DNA of 63,670 bases, filler included, from Stramenopiles sp. TOSAG23-6 (Eukaryota): the NCBI GenBank assembly GCA_900128565.1. It is 41 parts of 41 records of this genome, joined end to end, with 100 filler letters (N's around TTAATTAATTAA, not from the genome) between each part and the next. Parts side by side here need not be neighbours in the genome. Positions count along the whole stretch, not along the records: positions 37,500 to 38,951 come from LT639038.1; positions 39,052 to 40,502 come from LT639039.1; positions 40,603 to 42,052 come from LT639040.1; positions 42,153 to 43,601 come from LT639041.1; positions 43,702 to 45,150 come from LT639042.1; positions 45,251 to 46,699 come from LT639043.1; positions 46,800 to 48,246 come from LT639044.1; positions 48,347 to 49,790 come from LT639045.1; 33 more parts are not named here. One strand, given 5' to 3'. The notes under the pieces were generated by a model. It worked only from the letters and a program-made list of their open reading frames with translations. It had not been told where the DNA came from and ran no database searches. Position 1 is the first letter of the stretch. The number at the start of each line of letters is the position of its first letter. Shown one piece after another: positions 37,606 to 50,635 of the stretch. The translations under genes and the position numbers were made by a program.

Positions 37606-38843
37606 GCTTCTTCATTGGGCTAATGTAGAAAAAAATTATAGTGCACCACAAACAATGTGTAGTTCTGTAGAAAAACGGTGTACGTCATTTTTAAACAAAA
37701 TTTGTTGTCAGTTAGAAAAATATCAAATACGAGAACAAGAAGCACAAAAACTTTCAGCTGGGTATGTATGTTTTATTTTTTTTTTTTTTCCGGTAAAAAA
37801 AAATCGAATTTATTTTTCGTACGAAATTTCGTACCTAACAAATTTTTTAGAATTTTTTTGAAATATTTTTCCAAAATACACACTGCAAAAATTGCGAGTA
37901 TTGATGCTAAACTTTTAGCATTTGCATCAGAATCAAATTCTAGTTTATGTAACCCTAACCCTAAGAATCACACACAACATTTACAGCCAGGTACAAGAGT
38001 AATAGCAAAATGGCAGGATAAAAATGTATGTGTTATTTTTTTTTTTTTTTGTATGAATTTTTTTTTTCGTACGAAATTTTGTACCTAACAAATTTTTTTA
38101 GATTTTTTGTGAAATATTTTTCCAAAAAACATGCGTTTTATGAAGGGATTGTTAAAACGACACGAGAGGATGGGACATGTCATGTTCTTTTCGACGATGG
38201 TGATGAACAAACGCATGTGCGTTTTTTTTTTTTAAATTTTTTATAGTAAATTTCGTACCTAACAATGTTTTTTGTACCAAATTTTATATCTAACAAGTAG
38301 TAAAAAATATATATTCATTTCATCGTACATGTACCTTGGTGTAACATACGTATAGCTACAAATGAATCAGTTTTCTCGCCACAGACATTTAAACCAAAAA
38401 AAACAAAAAAAAATACTTTTATAGTAGTAGATTCAAAATCAGATGATTCGAGTGATCAAAACAGTTCCGAAGTAACAATGTCAGATGCATCAGTCTCCAC
38501 CACTACATCTTTTCAAATCAATCAGAACAATCCATACAAACAAAGATCATTAAACACGACAACCAATCAATCATCTTTAGCGTATGATCCAGCGTCGGCT
38601 TCAATTATTTTCAATATGCTTCAAGATACCGTCATGATTGATGCGTCAGAATCTAACTCTGAGAAGAATGTCAAGATGGACGTGCGTGAAAACGGAAAAT
38701 TAAGAAGTCAACTACGTAGTGAAATGAGCGAAAGAGGTAAATTAAGAGTGCTGTATCGTAATTCAAAAAGAAGTTTAGTGAATTCTAGATTGCATTGTGC
38801 AACACTGAGAGCTATGAGAGAACTATCTGTGTCAATAATGTAT

Positions 38844-38859
<16 letters not shown>
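37606..38859 (+). CDS. Tudor-domain protein fragment; introns 37766-37881, 38026-38132, 38217-38330
   Basis: Spliced: GTRVIAKWQDKN-AFYEGIV....DGTCHVLFDDGDEQTH-VPWCNIR. Confidence 0.8.
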
Positions 38860-38884
<25 letters not shown>

Positions 38885-38898
38885 AAAAATTTTTTTCC

Positions 38899-38944
<46 letters not shown>

Positions 38945-39446
38945 TTTTTTTNNNNNNNNNNNNNNNNNNNNNNNNNNNNNNNNNNNNNNNNNNNNTTAAT
39001 TAATTAANNNNNNNNNNNNNNNNNNNNNNNNNNNNNNNNNNNNNNNNNNNNATTTTTAAAAAAAAAATTTTAAAAAAAAAAATTTTTAAAAAAAAAAAAA
39101 AATTTTTAAAAAAATTTGCTTAGGTACAAAANTNACTANGAAAAAAAAAACATACATAAAACAACGTCACTCCAAAGTTTTGTTTCCAAATCTGGTCTAT
39201 ATTTTTGTTGTTCTGAATAATCCTTGACACAACTCATATATTTTCGAAAAATATTTCANAAAACAAAATCTAAAANTTTTTTGTTAGGTACGAAATTTCG
39301 TATGAAAAAATAAATTTAATTTCAAATTNAAAAAAAAAAATATTTCAAAAAAAAAAATCTAAAAAATTTGTTAGGTACGAAATTTCGTATGAAACCAAAA
39401 AAAAATAAATTCAATTTCAAATTAAAAAAAAAAAAAAAAAACATAC

Positions 39447-39826
39447 ATATAATTGATTTGATATTTACCTTTAACACCATGTTCATTTGATACAATAGAA
39501 CCCATTTGATGAGCAACTTCGTCTTCATCAGATGAGTCTGGATCTATTGTATAACCACGGTCTTTTTTGCGCCTCGATCTAGAAAAATCTTGGTCAAAAT
39601 CTTGGTCATGTTTAACAACTTCTTCATTTTGATCAACTTTACCAACTGAACTTTTGTCCCATCTAAAATTGGGTTTTTGACTTGTAGTATTGTTTTTTGA
39701 AGTANTCCATCTAAAATTAGGTTTGTTAGTTGTAGTTGTTGAACGAGTATACCTTACGTTGTTCTNTTTTTGTATGGAGTCAACGTCAACTTTTGACTTT
39801 GAGGANTTGGAGAAACAAATTCCCAT
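39447..39826 (-). CDS. First exon of a putative N-myristoylated/palmitoylated protein
   Basis: Starts MGICFS; ends at a family donor. Confidence 0.55.
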
Positions 39827-40680
39827 TTAAATCTAACGCACTAAGGTTGTACAACTAAAAAAGCTTTTTTTGTTTAATTTCTTTTGTATAATATACCATG
39901 CTATCTACAAACATATGTATGATGTCTATCTAGATATATCTTTTTTATAACATTGTTATTATGTCATTGAAACTAACTATATGAATGAAGTAGTAAGTAG
40001 GTAGTAGATGTTTGTGTTGGCTTATTATTTTGTCGCTTATTTATTTGTATTTATAGTCCAAAACAAAAAGAAAGTTGAAACTGTAAAATCTCCGACAATA
40101 TAAGCTAGGGTTAGGGTATTAGGTACCCTACTAAATACAATATAGAACGGTTTAAAATGATGTTGTGTACTATTTGAAATCAAATCGTTGTTTGAGTTAG
40201 GATGTCAATGATTGATTATAGGATGGTAATGTACCCTAATTATATTTACCATAGTAGTAAAACTGAAATCTTTAAAGTTAAACCTGTCACTTTGTTGTTG
40301 TTTTTGATATATTTGTTATTCAAGATTGTTTCTTAGGGTTAGGGGTTTGAACGTGTTTCATATATATACTGTGAGAAGTAAAGTGTTATACGTATATATT
40401 TTCTAAAGTTCCGTACTATTTTTTCGTACCTAAATTATTTGTTTTTAAGGTACAAAACAATGGCATGGAATCTCACAGCTGAGATGTTTTTGATTTTGAT
40501 GGNNNNNNNNNNNNNNNNNNNNNNNNNNNNNNNNNNNNNNNNNNNNTTAATTAATTAANNNNNNNNNNNNNNNNNNNNNNNNNNNNNNNNNNNNNNNNNN
40601 NNTCGNTTTTTTTTTTCGTACGAAATTTTGTACCTAACAAATTTAAGTATTTTTTTTTGAAATATTTTTACAAAACACAT

Positions 40681-40785
40681 GACTTAGCTGTAGAGCAAGA
40701 CTACCACGAAGCGGCACATCTCATACAAAATCAATCAAATAGAAATGAAAAACATTCTTCAAGGCAATATAGAAGTCGCTTATAG
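40681..40785 (+). CDS. Short last exon, ankyrin-like end
   Basis: DLAVEQDYHEAAHLIQ after an AAACACAT acceptor. Confidence 0.4.
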   Translation, partial: DLAVEQDYHEAAHLIQNQSNRNEKHSSRQYRSRL

Positions 40786-40883
40786 TTAGTATATACATAA
40801 AATATTCTACCAAAAGTTATATAAATTTGTTTTATTTTTTTTTTAGATATTTCGTATTTTTTTTAGTTAGGGTTAGGGTTAGT

Positions 40884-41995
40884 TTATCCCAACCAGGGTG
40901 ATAAAGTTCTACAAAATGATTCACTGCCATTTTCTTTGAATGTTTCTGTTAAAACTTCATATCTAATTTGCAACAATCGAAACACAGCGGCAGAGCGTTG
41001 TAACTGTTCAACACTTGCATTAGGCCCTTGCTTATCCGGATGGCAAATACGTAGAGCAAATTGATAGCCACATATATTGTGAAAAAAAAAAATTTTACCA
41101 AAAAAAAAAAATCGTTAGGTACGAAATTTCGTACGAAAAAAAAAAATTTAAAAAAAAATTAGAAATTCATATAAAATGTACGCCGAATGTCACGAAGTGT
41201 GACGAGTTCCCCAACCTCTGGACCTTTAAAGTGAATTTGTTTTCCTTGATTTTGTAAAGCATAAAATATGAACAAATAAATAAAAAATAATTTTACAAAA
41301 TTTTGTATGAAAAAAAAATTAAAATTCATGAGAGAGATTTTGTATGAAAAAAAATAAATTCAAATTCATTAGGTACAAAATTTTGTATGAAAAAAATAAA
41401 TTAAAATCTATGAGAGAGTGACATACAGAAAAACCAAATATAGGAATATGGATATTTTCGATAAGGGATAGAAAATCAAGCCCAGAAGACCAAAGTCGAA
41501 TTTTATCATCTATTGTTTGTGTATTATCATTTGAAGAAGAATTGTACATATATTGTGAAATTTTTTTTTNTGTAAAATTTGTTAGGTACAAAATTTCGTA
41601 CGAAAAAAAAATTATAAAAAAAAATTAAAAAATAAAACATACAAGCGATACGACACCGGGCAATCCTTCCATACGAAGCATCGTTTGAAGTATTGGTATT
41701 AATTTGACACCATTATTTGGAGATATTGTACAAATTACACAACAGCATGTGCTTTTGTACAAATATTTCAAAAAAAAATTGAACTGTTTTGTTAGATACA
41801 AAATTTTCAAAAAAAAAAAAAAAGAAAAAAAAATATTGTTGTTTGTTAGGTACAAAATTTACTATGAAAAAATAAGAAAGATAAAACATACATGATGCGC
41901 GTGAAAGAAGCAGAGCTGACCAGTTCAAATGGTCAACTGAAGCAGACCATTCAAGTCGTTCCTTCATTTCAGGAAATAGTCGGTTGTTTGATTTA
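40884..41995 (-). CDS. Protein with C-terminal J-domain-like (auxilin-type) segment; ~5 family introns
   Basis: Y..ALRICHPDK...AVF..L...YE. Confidence 0.6.
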
Positions 41996-42298
41996 TATAT
42001 TTTGGAAAAATATTTAAAAAAAAAATCGTTAGGTACAAAATTTCGTACGAAANNNNNNNNNNNNNNNNNNNNNNNNNNNNNNNNNNNNNNNNNNNNTTAA
42101 TTAATTAANNNNNNNNNNNNNNNNNNNNNNNNNNNNNNNNNNNNNNNNNNNNCAATTCAATTCCGAGATTTTTTTTTTTTTTTTTTTTTTTCATACGAAA
42201 TTTCATACCTAACAAAAATTATATTTTTTTTTTTTTTCGTCTTTACCCTAACCCTAACCTAAAACATTTTTTCTACAAAAATATTTTTTCACAATATA

Positions 42299-43477
42299 TT
42301 GTTATTGGACCACCAAATTCGCGAGAATCCTCATTCACACCGAAATTTACAATAAAAGCAGCAAATATGTTACGAAAATCAGGTTTATTAGTCTCTGTAT
42401 CTAAATTGAAATATATACCGATTCATTGTCGTGTATGTTACAGTTTTTTTTCCAAATTTATTTTTCATACAAAATTTTGTACCTAACGAATTAAAAAAAA
42501 AAAAAAAATTGAAATATTTCTTCACAGTGCATGCCATTGAAGTATTAGAATGGTTAAACGAAATCTGTGATTATCATCCATCTCTAAAAACGATAATTGC
42601 AATTTCACTTTGCCGCCATATTTCAAAAAATAAATTCGAAATTCGTCGTCGACGGTGTAGTAGTCAAGTATGTTGTATATGAATTTTTAATTTTTTTTTT
42701 TTTTGGTTTTCATACGAAATTTCGTACCTAACGATTTTTTTTTATATGAATTTTTAATTTATTTATTTTTTTTGGTTTCATACGAAATTTCGTACCTAAA
42801 CAATTTTTTTTTTTGATATATTGTTTAAAAGTACAAGGTTCTCTATTGGATCGATTATTATTTGGTTCACCAGAAAAGACAAATGTAAAAAACCCTAACC
42901 CTAGACAAAAAAAAATAATCCAAAATGAAACACAAAATAAAAAACAAAATAAAAAACAAAATAATGAAAAACAAAACTCATTAATACAGTCATCAACCAA
43001 TATGAATATGAGTGCATCATTTGATGTTACAACTACCAATATTGATAATATTCATAATTTTGATGATGAAATCGAATCAAAATCAAATGGAATGGAAAGA
43101 GAAACAAAAACTTCAGACATTGGACATTCAACTAACCCTAACCCTAACCCTAATGATTCTACTTCAAATATTCGTGAAGATTCTTCTAATAATCATCATA
43201 CAATAGTTGACGATAACTCTAATAAGAACGTTCAATCAACAAGCCATACGTGGAGTTTACCAGGCGTAAATACTGTATTAAATGTTTTTTCAAGATTGAA
43301 CTCGGCTTCATCAGGGAACAGACCTGTTGCTAATCGTACTAACCCTAACCCTAATACTACTGCATCTGATGAGGTACCTTTTGTGGAAAACACGAATTCT
43401 GAAAATATACAGTCCAATGGTGAGACAGATGAAATTATCGAAGGAATTATCGAAGAATCTGGTTTATTAGAAGATAT
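42299..43477 (+). CDS. Possible UBR-type E3 ligase N-terminal region fragment
   Basis: GLLVSV...AIEVLEWLNEIC....L..II...SLLDRLL pattern across family introns. Confidence 0.45.
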
Positions 43478-43541
43478 GTACATTTTCATCATGATTTTTT
43501 TTTTTTTTTTTTCATTTTTTTTTGTATGAAATTTTGTACCT

Positions 43542-43572
<31 letters not shown>

Positions 43573-43701
43573 TTTTTTTTTTTTTTTTTTTTTCTTTTTT
43601 TNNNNNNNNNNNNNNNNNNNNNNNNNNNNNNNNNNNNNNNNNNNNTTAATTAATTAANNNNNNNNNNNNNNNNNNNNNNNNNNNNNNNNNNNNNNNNNNN
43701 N

Positions 43702-45150
43702 GCGAAGACTTTGGAAAAATCTGGAAATTAAAAATTCGTCATAAAAAATTGCCAAAAAATTCGTCATAAAAAAATTGCCAAAAAATTCGATATAGTATTA
43801 GTATTAGGGTTTATAAATAAGAGCAATTTTATTAATTATAACCAGAGCCAGCGCCGTCAGAGCGTTATAGATTGATCTGGGTTAGAAGCATTATTCGGGT
43901 ATTATTGCGTACATATGTCGAAGCAATAGGGTTAGGGTATTATTGCGTACATATGATAAAGCATAAGCAATACATCCGCAATAACATGCGGTCGGATGTT
44001 GGCTTTTAGCACCGTTGTAACAACGGCTACTCTTTTTCTACAATGGTTTCTACTACATATAAACATATAGAACATTGTGAACTAGATGAATCTCCGTTAA
44101 ACTACATTAAACTGCAACATGATTCCCAGAGGCTTGAAAGGAATCTCTGCATAAGAGATCTAAATATTCTGAATCTCTCGGATCTAAAACAACGTCGGCA
44201 TACAGATGTTGGAGACGTTGTCGTGGGGTCATCTTCTCATATCCGCTTATTCTTTCTAACATTTCGGATTTCATTTGTCTGTTAAATTGCATGTCTTGTT
44301 TTTGTCGTTTATGAAGACGAGAAACACACTTAAGGCCACGCTGCTTACAGTAGATGCAATACCTGTCCCATGGGTTAAGAAACCTACAAGCTTTATGTTT
44401 TTTATAACACTCTTCGCACGTCGCTCTTTTTTCAAACACAGTACTAGGCATCCTCCCTCCTAAGCTTGAAATTATCATAATGTCATCATATAATCCGCGT
44501 TTTACGCCGAGTTTGAAGGATATGACAGAAATTGTGTTCTCTTTTTACACGAGAGGAGCTAACGCGTGTGACACTACACGAGCGTGTTTGTCGTTTTTGT
44601 CTTTCGAATTCACGTGCACAGCACGTGCACGAAATTTTCTGCAGCCATTCGTTCTTCTTCATCAGATTCTAAAAAAATAAATTCGAAATTGAAAAAAAAA
44701 AATGAAATTTCAAATTTGTTTTGGTTTATTTAATTTATTTTGGTTCCATTTTGGTTTATTTTTTTTTGGTTAAAACTTTTTTTATAAACCCTAACCCTAA
44801 CAATTTTTTCTCATGAGTCATGACCAAAGCTCAGATACATACCGACCATCAAATTCCAAAGATGAAATATACTCTTTTGCATTGTTTTGTGATAAATTAC
44901 CAAATTGCATAGCGATGTTCTCAAATGTAGAATGGACAGACCTGCCCATAGATGTACCACCACAAACAAATATTGAACCACCACATTCCTTTATCATGTA
45001 ACAATACACAAAAAAGTCATAACACTAAGTTTTACATTTTTTCACAAAAAAAAATAAAAAAAAAAAAAAGTATGAAATTTCACAAAAAAAAATAAAATAA
45101 AAAAAAAAAAAGTATGAAATTTAAAAAAAAAAAAAAAAAAATAAAAAAAT
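43702..45150. repeat. Near-identical to contig 49891-51334 (allele or dispersed element); short tandem repeats at the left end
   Basis: Right ~1 kb identical; left ~430 bp differs by SNPs and indels. Confidence 0.9.
44107..44451 (-). CDS. Small Zn(II)2Cys6 (Gal4-type) cluster protein
   Basis: CEECYKKHKACRFLNPWDRYCIYCKQRGLKC = C-x2-C-x6-C-x9-C-x2-C-x6-C. Confidence 0.7.
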   Translation of the reverse strand: MPSTVFEKRATCEECYKKHKACRFLNPWDRYCIYCKQRGLKCVSRLHKRQKQDMQFNRQMKSEMLERISGYEKMTPRQRLQHLYADVVLDPRDSEYLDLLCRDSFQASGNHVAV

Positions 45151-45831
45151 NNNNNNNNNNNNNNNNNNNNNNNNNNNNNNNNNNNNNNNNNNNNTTAATT
45201 AATTAANNNNNNNNNNNNNNNNNNNNNNNNNNNNNNNNNNNNNNNNNNNNCGAATGTTTGTTTTCTTTTTTCCTTTTTTTTTTTCAATTTTTTTTTTTTT
45301 TTTTTTTCAAATTTTTTTTTTCATACGAAATTTCATACCTAAAAAAAAAAAAAAATTCCATTTTTTTGTTTTTGTGTTTCCATTTTTTTATTATTTTATA
45401 TCTAAATTATAACAAATTTCAAATTGGATATATTCTTTTACAATACATGGTTGGACGTGAGCATTCAAGACCTACAAAAAGTACGAAAAGTACAAAACGT
45501 AGTAACAAGTATAATAAAAATAGTCAAGAAGAAAAATCATCAAAATTCAGTGGAACATCAATGATGATTACAATGCCAAAGAGATAAAAAATCATCAAAA
45601 TTCAGTGGAACATCAATGATGATTACAATGCCAAGGAGATAGTTTTTTTAAATTATATATAACATTATTATATAGATATATGATAGTTGACAGATTGTAG
45701 TAAACAATATTAGATTTATTATTGTTATTTTTTCTTTTTATTTGATAAAACAAAATTATTAACATTTTTATATTTTTTTTTTTTTTCAAAAAATATTTGT
45801 AGTAAAATTTGTACCTAACAATTTTTTTTTT

Positions 45832-46625
45832 TTACAAAACCCAAACTTCAACGGAAACAACTCTAAAATCTTCTGCATGAGCCAAACAACGATTGTTAAA
45901 AGTTGGTGATATTCCACTTGATCCTTGTTGAAAAGATGCATCAAACCATAAACCAAACGTTCCACCACCACCAAACCCAAGGCAATCATGAATTTTGGAA
46001 AAATAATTCAAAAAAAATCTACAAAAAAATGTTAGGTACAAAATTTCCTATAAAAACCAAAAAAATATTTTTTGAAAAAAAAAAAAAAAATTCAATTTCA
46101 AAATTAAAAAATTAAAACGCACATGTCGGCTTAATAAAAGTTGAGAATTTGCACCACTCCACTGAAAGACTTCAAATGTCGGTGCAACTGTAAAAAGAAA
46201 ACATTTACTTTGAAAAATATATTTTTTTTTTTCAGATTTTTTTTTTTCGTTAGGTATGAAATTTCGTATGAAAACCAAAAAAAAAATACATATATATTTG
46301 ATTTTTTTTTTAAACATACATTCGCCGGAACCATAAAAGCCTGCACCTGTATCTCCACCACTGTTACACCTCCATTGATGAGTCGCAAATCCACCAAATA
46401 TATACCCTGACTCATCAGATGCAACCAATATAAATATTGTGAAAAATATTTTTTTTTTTTTTTTTTTTTTTTTTATGAAAATTTCGTATGAAATAAAAAA
46501 AAAAAAATATCATGGAAATGTTTTAAAATCAACGTATCGATGGACCACGATGCCTACTTGCATTTCGATACATTGTGTCAATGCTATAACCATGTAATTC
46601 AGTAGAATAGATGAGCTTCCAATCA
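45832..46625 (-). CDS. TLDc-domain protein (OXR1/NCOA7-like) C-terminus; introns 46432-46537, 46203-46319, 45988-46122
   Basis: WKLIYSTELHGYS; IFGGF; FYGSGECFLF; GFGGGG.FGLW.D; S.TF.N..L; VEVW. Confidence 0.92.
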
Positions 46626-46799
46626 TGTACATGTTGTGAAGAAATATTGTAGAAAAAAAAAATTGTTTGAAAAAATGTTTTTTTTTTACAAAAAAAAATN
46701 NNNNNNNNNNNNNNNNNNNNNNNNNNNNNNNNNNNNNNNNNNNTTAATTAATTAANNNNNNNNNNNNNNNNNNNNNNNNNNNNNNNNNNNNNNNNNNNN

Positions 46800-47528
46800 C
46801 AATCTGCATGTGGTGGTCGGTTCAGTGTAGCTAAACCTAAATCTGATGTGGATATATTAGTACGTTTGTCGTCTCAGTTACCCGGACCTGCCACATATAG
46901 TCCACGGTCAAAGAATGAATGGGGGAAAAATGGATTTTCTATCTACGGGAAAGTTAAATATGGTAATCATCAGACAACTATACCTAATGCTGTACAATAT
47001 GAATCAAATACTTTACCTGCGTCTCCTGCTTCAACATATCGTAGAGATTCGTCATGCTCGAGGCAAATTCTTTCTTCAAAGCCATCTTCTCCAAGCTGTC
47101 GTTTCTCAGGTAAATCTGATCCATTTCGCAATAGAAGTTACAACGGTAGTCAAAATCAATTGCATAAAAATAATAATCGTGCAAATGCTATCAATTTACT
47201 TCGTGGTAGTACCAAGTCTAATAGAAAATCAAGTAAAAATATTCGCACAAATAGAGAAAAGAGACATGATGCAGTAATGTCAAAGGAAATATTATTTTCA
47301 AGATTTTATGGGTATGTGCCTTCAACAATTTTCGATAAGAAAAAAAAAAAAAAAGACAAACAAAAAAACTCACCACGAACGATACGAAGACCTATAACAC
47401 AACGCTCTATTTTACGTTCAAAGCGGATAGATCCAAGGAAAATTAAAAAAGAGATTCTACCAAGTCCTTGTGATTATGATGTCATAAAAGCTTTGTCACA
47501 TTCTTCAAAATTTCATGGATTTGGTTAA
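46800..47528 (+). CDS. SHIPPO/STPG-repeat flagellar protein fragment
   Basis: PGPATY and PSPCDY repeats. Confidence 0.6.
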   Translation, partial: QSACGGRFSVAKPKSDVDILVRLSSQLPGPATYSPRSKNEWGKNGFSIYGKVKYGNHQTTIPNAVQYESNTLPASPASTYRRDSSCSRQILSSKPSSPSCRFSGKSDPFRNRSYNGSQNQLHKNNNRANAINLLRGSTKSNRKSSKNIRTNREKRHDAVMSKEILFSRFYGYVPSTIFDKKKKKKDKQKNSPRTIRRPITQRSILRSKRIDPRKIKKEILPSPCDYDVIKALSHSSKFHGFG

Positions 47529-47573
47529 AATAAATTATGATGTGTAAAAGTTTATTTAATTTGATCTAGTGGA

Positions 47574-48246
47574 TTAAATACACACTGGAACTTTTATTTT
47601 TTCAGCAGATCTAACAATAAAGATTTCATATTTCANNNNNNNNNNNNNNTTTTGTCTAATTAATTTTTGGGTGAAAATATTCGACCATCCTGCAGGTGGT
47701 GCAACAACGAATTTAGTAAAATCCTTACCTAGAAAAGTTAACAATTCACGCCAACTTCCATGACAACCTGTTTTCGAAGCTAATACTAATGCTTCATTTG
47801 CTAACCGACCATATATTCCATTTGTTTCTCGTTTTCTTATTTTGAAACGACCACCATGTAACTCATTCTTTTCTACTTGATTATATTGAGAGGAGTGATT
47901 CTTTATNNNNNNNNNNNNNNNNNNNNNNNNNNNNNNNNNNNNNNNNNNNNNNNNNNNNNNNNNNNNNNNNNNNNNNNNNNNNNNNNNNNNNNNNNNNNNN
48001 NNTCTCTCCACCCCATCTATGTGTCGCTGCAAATACTTTATTACCGTGAGATGGATATAAAACTTTATCTACTGCAAGAAATTCAAAAAAACGCAAATAT
48101 TTTTCATTATCTATTGTTAGCTCAATGATATATTCAGCCAACTTTTCCATACTATCATAATCACTAATATGTATCATCGCAGGATGTACTCCAGCAGCTA
48201 AACCTGGATCCCAATCATGACTATTAGGAGTACCCATATATATTGG
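47574..48246 (-). CDS. GT10 alpha-1,3-fucosyltransferase-like C-terminal fragment
   Basis: PIYMG.PN...IHI.DY.S...LA.YI..L......Y..FF. Confidence 0.7.
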
Positions 48247-48346
48247 NNNNNNNNNNNNNNNNNNNNNNNNNNNNNNNNNNNNNNNNNNNNTTAATTAATT
48301 AANNNNNNNNNNNNNNNNNNNNNNNNNNNNNNNNNNNNNNNNNNNN

Positions 48347-48506
48347 ACCCACAGCACTGCCACCCATCGGGACAATTCTGGTAGGCGCAGCAGGAAAAGC
48401 ATTTGTCGTCTTCTGTTTGGGCAACTGTCGTCAGGCCCAGCACTGCAGGTGCTAGCAAAACGCACGCCGGCACCAGGAATAGAAATAATTTCAAGAGCGA
48501 CACCAT
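48347..48506 (-). CDS. Secreted Cys-rich peptide/protein N-terminus
   Basis: Signal peptide then CFSCCAYQNCPDGWQCCG. Confidence 0.55.
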
Positions 48507-49644
48507 ATTTGTACAGACTATTATAATAATTACTCAAAATTGCGTCAAAGAATCACGAAAATTTAAAGCGCAGACGAAAGAAAACGAGCAGACTTAGGAA
48601 CCTTCTGTTCACTGTCGGAACGAAAAGTCAGCCACCTGGTGTCTGTTTTTTCACAATTGCTTCCACTTCGAGAGGTCGTTCGTGGCTTGGTACGAACAAA
48701 ACGTTTCAATACCCGTACCTATCGCTTATGTAAGTATAAGAAAAGGGACAGATTCGGAATGATACAAATCAACTTATACGTATGTAGGAAACTCAAGGAA
48801 ACCATTCTCTAAAATAATACATGTCATATATTACGAATATCCGGAAGAATACAAAAAATAATGGGGTCTGTGTTTCTTCTTTCTCTTTGGTCTTGTTAGT
48901 GTACTACAACGGGGTGTCCCCGGTATAATAAAAATTAATTAATTAGTAGCGGCGGAGCAAAACAATAATAAAATGGAAAAAAAATAATAGAAGAGAAGAA
49001 GTAAAAAAAATATCAAAAAAACAATGGTATTCTTATGTTATAATAAATTACTGAATCTTCTTCTTCCTGTTTCTTTTTTCTTCTTTTTTCTTCTTCTGGA
49101 AGAAGAACGAATCATAAATTAAATATATTTATTACTAATATATCCAAATATATCTACGTTATATTTCTTTATATATATATATTTATAAATAAGCTTTTCT
49201 ATATATTTAACATTTTTATCAATCTACCCTGTTTTCAACTGTCAGTCAGTACACACCATCCACCAAATCCAAAATAAAAAAGAAATTGGACACACTCCAC
49301 TCCTAAATTTCCTTCCTATGTAAACATGCTAGACTAAGAATACTATTAATTAAAATATTCTTCCTTCCTATATTTTAAATTTATAATTATTATAATTAGA
49401 TACGAGTAGTCAAGTCGTCTAGACAACGAGAAGACATTTTGATTGCCTTGTTTGAAATGATTGGTTATTCCTGTGTCCTTGTTATAAAATATTTATATTT
49501 TATTACTATAGGACTATAAAATATTTATTATATTTCTTCCATTCTTCTTCTAGATATATTTAGTTACTATTATATTCCGTTATTAATAGTAAAAAGTAAA
49601 AAAAGGGTTGGAATCCCATCACGATTTCAATTTTATTTGTTTTG

Positions 49645-49790
49645 CTCTTCTTCTTTTTCTTCTTCTTTCTTCTTCTTCTTCTCTTCTTCTTCTCTTCTTC
49701 TTCTTCTTCTTCTCTTCTTCTTCTTCTTCTTCTTCTTCTTCTTCTTCTTCTTCTTCTTTCTTCTTCTTCTTCTTCTTCTTCTTCTTCTTC
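49645..49790. repeat. (CTT)n microsatellite
   Basis: Direct inspection. Confidence 0.95.
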
Positions 49791-50290
49791 NNNNNNNNNN
49801 NNNNNNNNNNNNNNNNNNNNNNNNNNNNNNNNNNTTAATTAATTAANNNNNNNNNNNNNNNNNNNNNNNNNNNNNNNNNNNNNNNNNNNNCTTTGGAAAA
49901 ATCTGGAAATTAAAAATTCGTCATAAAAAATTGCCAAAAAATTCGACATAAAAAATTGTCAAAAAATTCGTCATAAAAAATTACCAAAAAATTCGTCATA
50001 TTATTAGTATTATTATAAATAAGAGCAATTTTATTAATTACACCCAGAGCCAGCGCCGTCAGAGCGTTACAGATTGATCTGGGTTACAAGCATTATTCGG
50101 GTATTATTGCGTACATATGTCGAAGCAATAGGGTTAGGGTATTATTTCGAAGCAATATATCCGCAATACATGCGGTCGGATGTTGACTTTTAGCACCGTT
50201 TTAACAATGGCTACTCTTTTTCTACAATGGTTTCTATTACATATAAACATATAGAACAGTGTGAACTAGATGTCTCTCCGTTAAACTACA

Positions 50291-50635
50291 TTAAACTGCA
50301 ACATGATACCCAGAGGCTTGAAAGGAATCTCTGCATAAGAGATCTAAATATTCTGAATCTCTCGGATCTAAAACAACGTCGGCATACAGATGTTGGAGAC
50401 GTTGTCGTGGGGTCATCTTCTCATATCCGCTTATTCTTTCTAACATTTCGGATTTCATTTGTCTGTTAAATTGCATGTCTTGTTTTTGTCGTTTATGAAG
50501 ACGAGAAACACACTTAAGGCCACGCTGCTTACAGTAGATGCAATACCTGTCCCATGGGTTAAGAAACCTACAAGCTTTATGTTTTTTATAACACTCTTCG
50601 CACGTCGCTCTTTTTTCAAACACAGTACTAGGCAT
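50291..50635 (-). CDS. Second copy/allele of the Zn2Cys6 ORF (N>Y near the C-terminus)
   Basis: Translation differs from 44107-44451 at one residue. Confidence 0.7.
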   Translation of the reverse strand: MPSTVFEKRATCEECYKKHKACRFLNPWDRYCIYCKQRGLKCVSRLHKRQKQDMQFNRQMKSEMLERISGYEKMTPRQRLQHLYADVVLDPRDSEYLDLLCRDSFQASGYHVAV

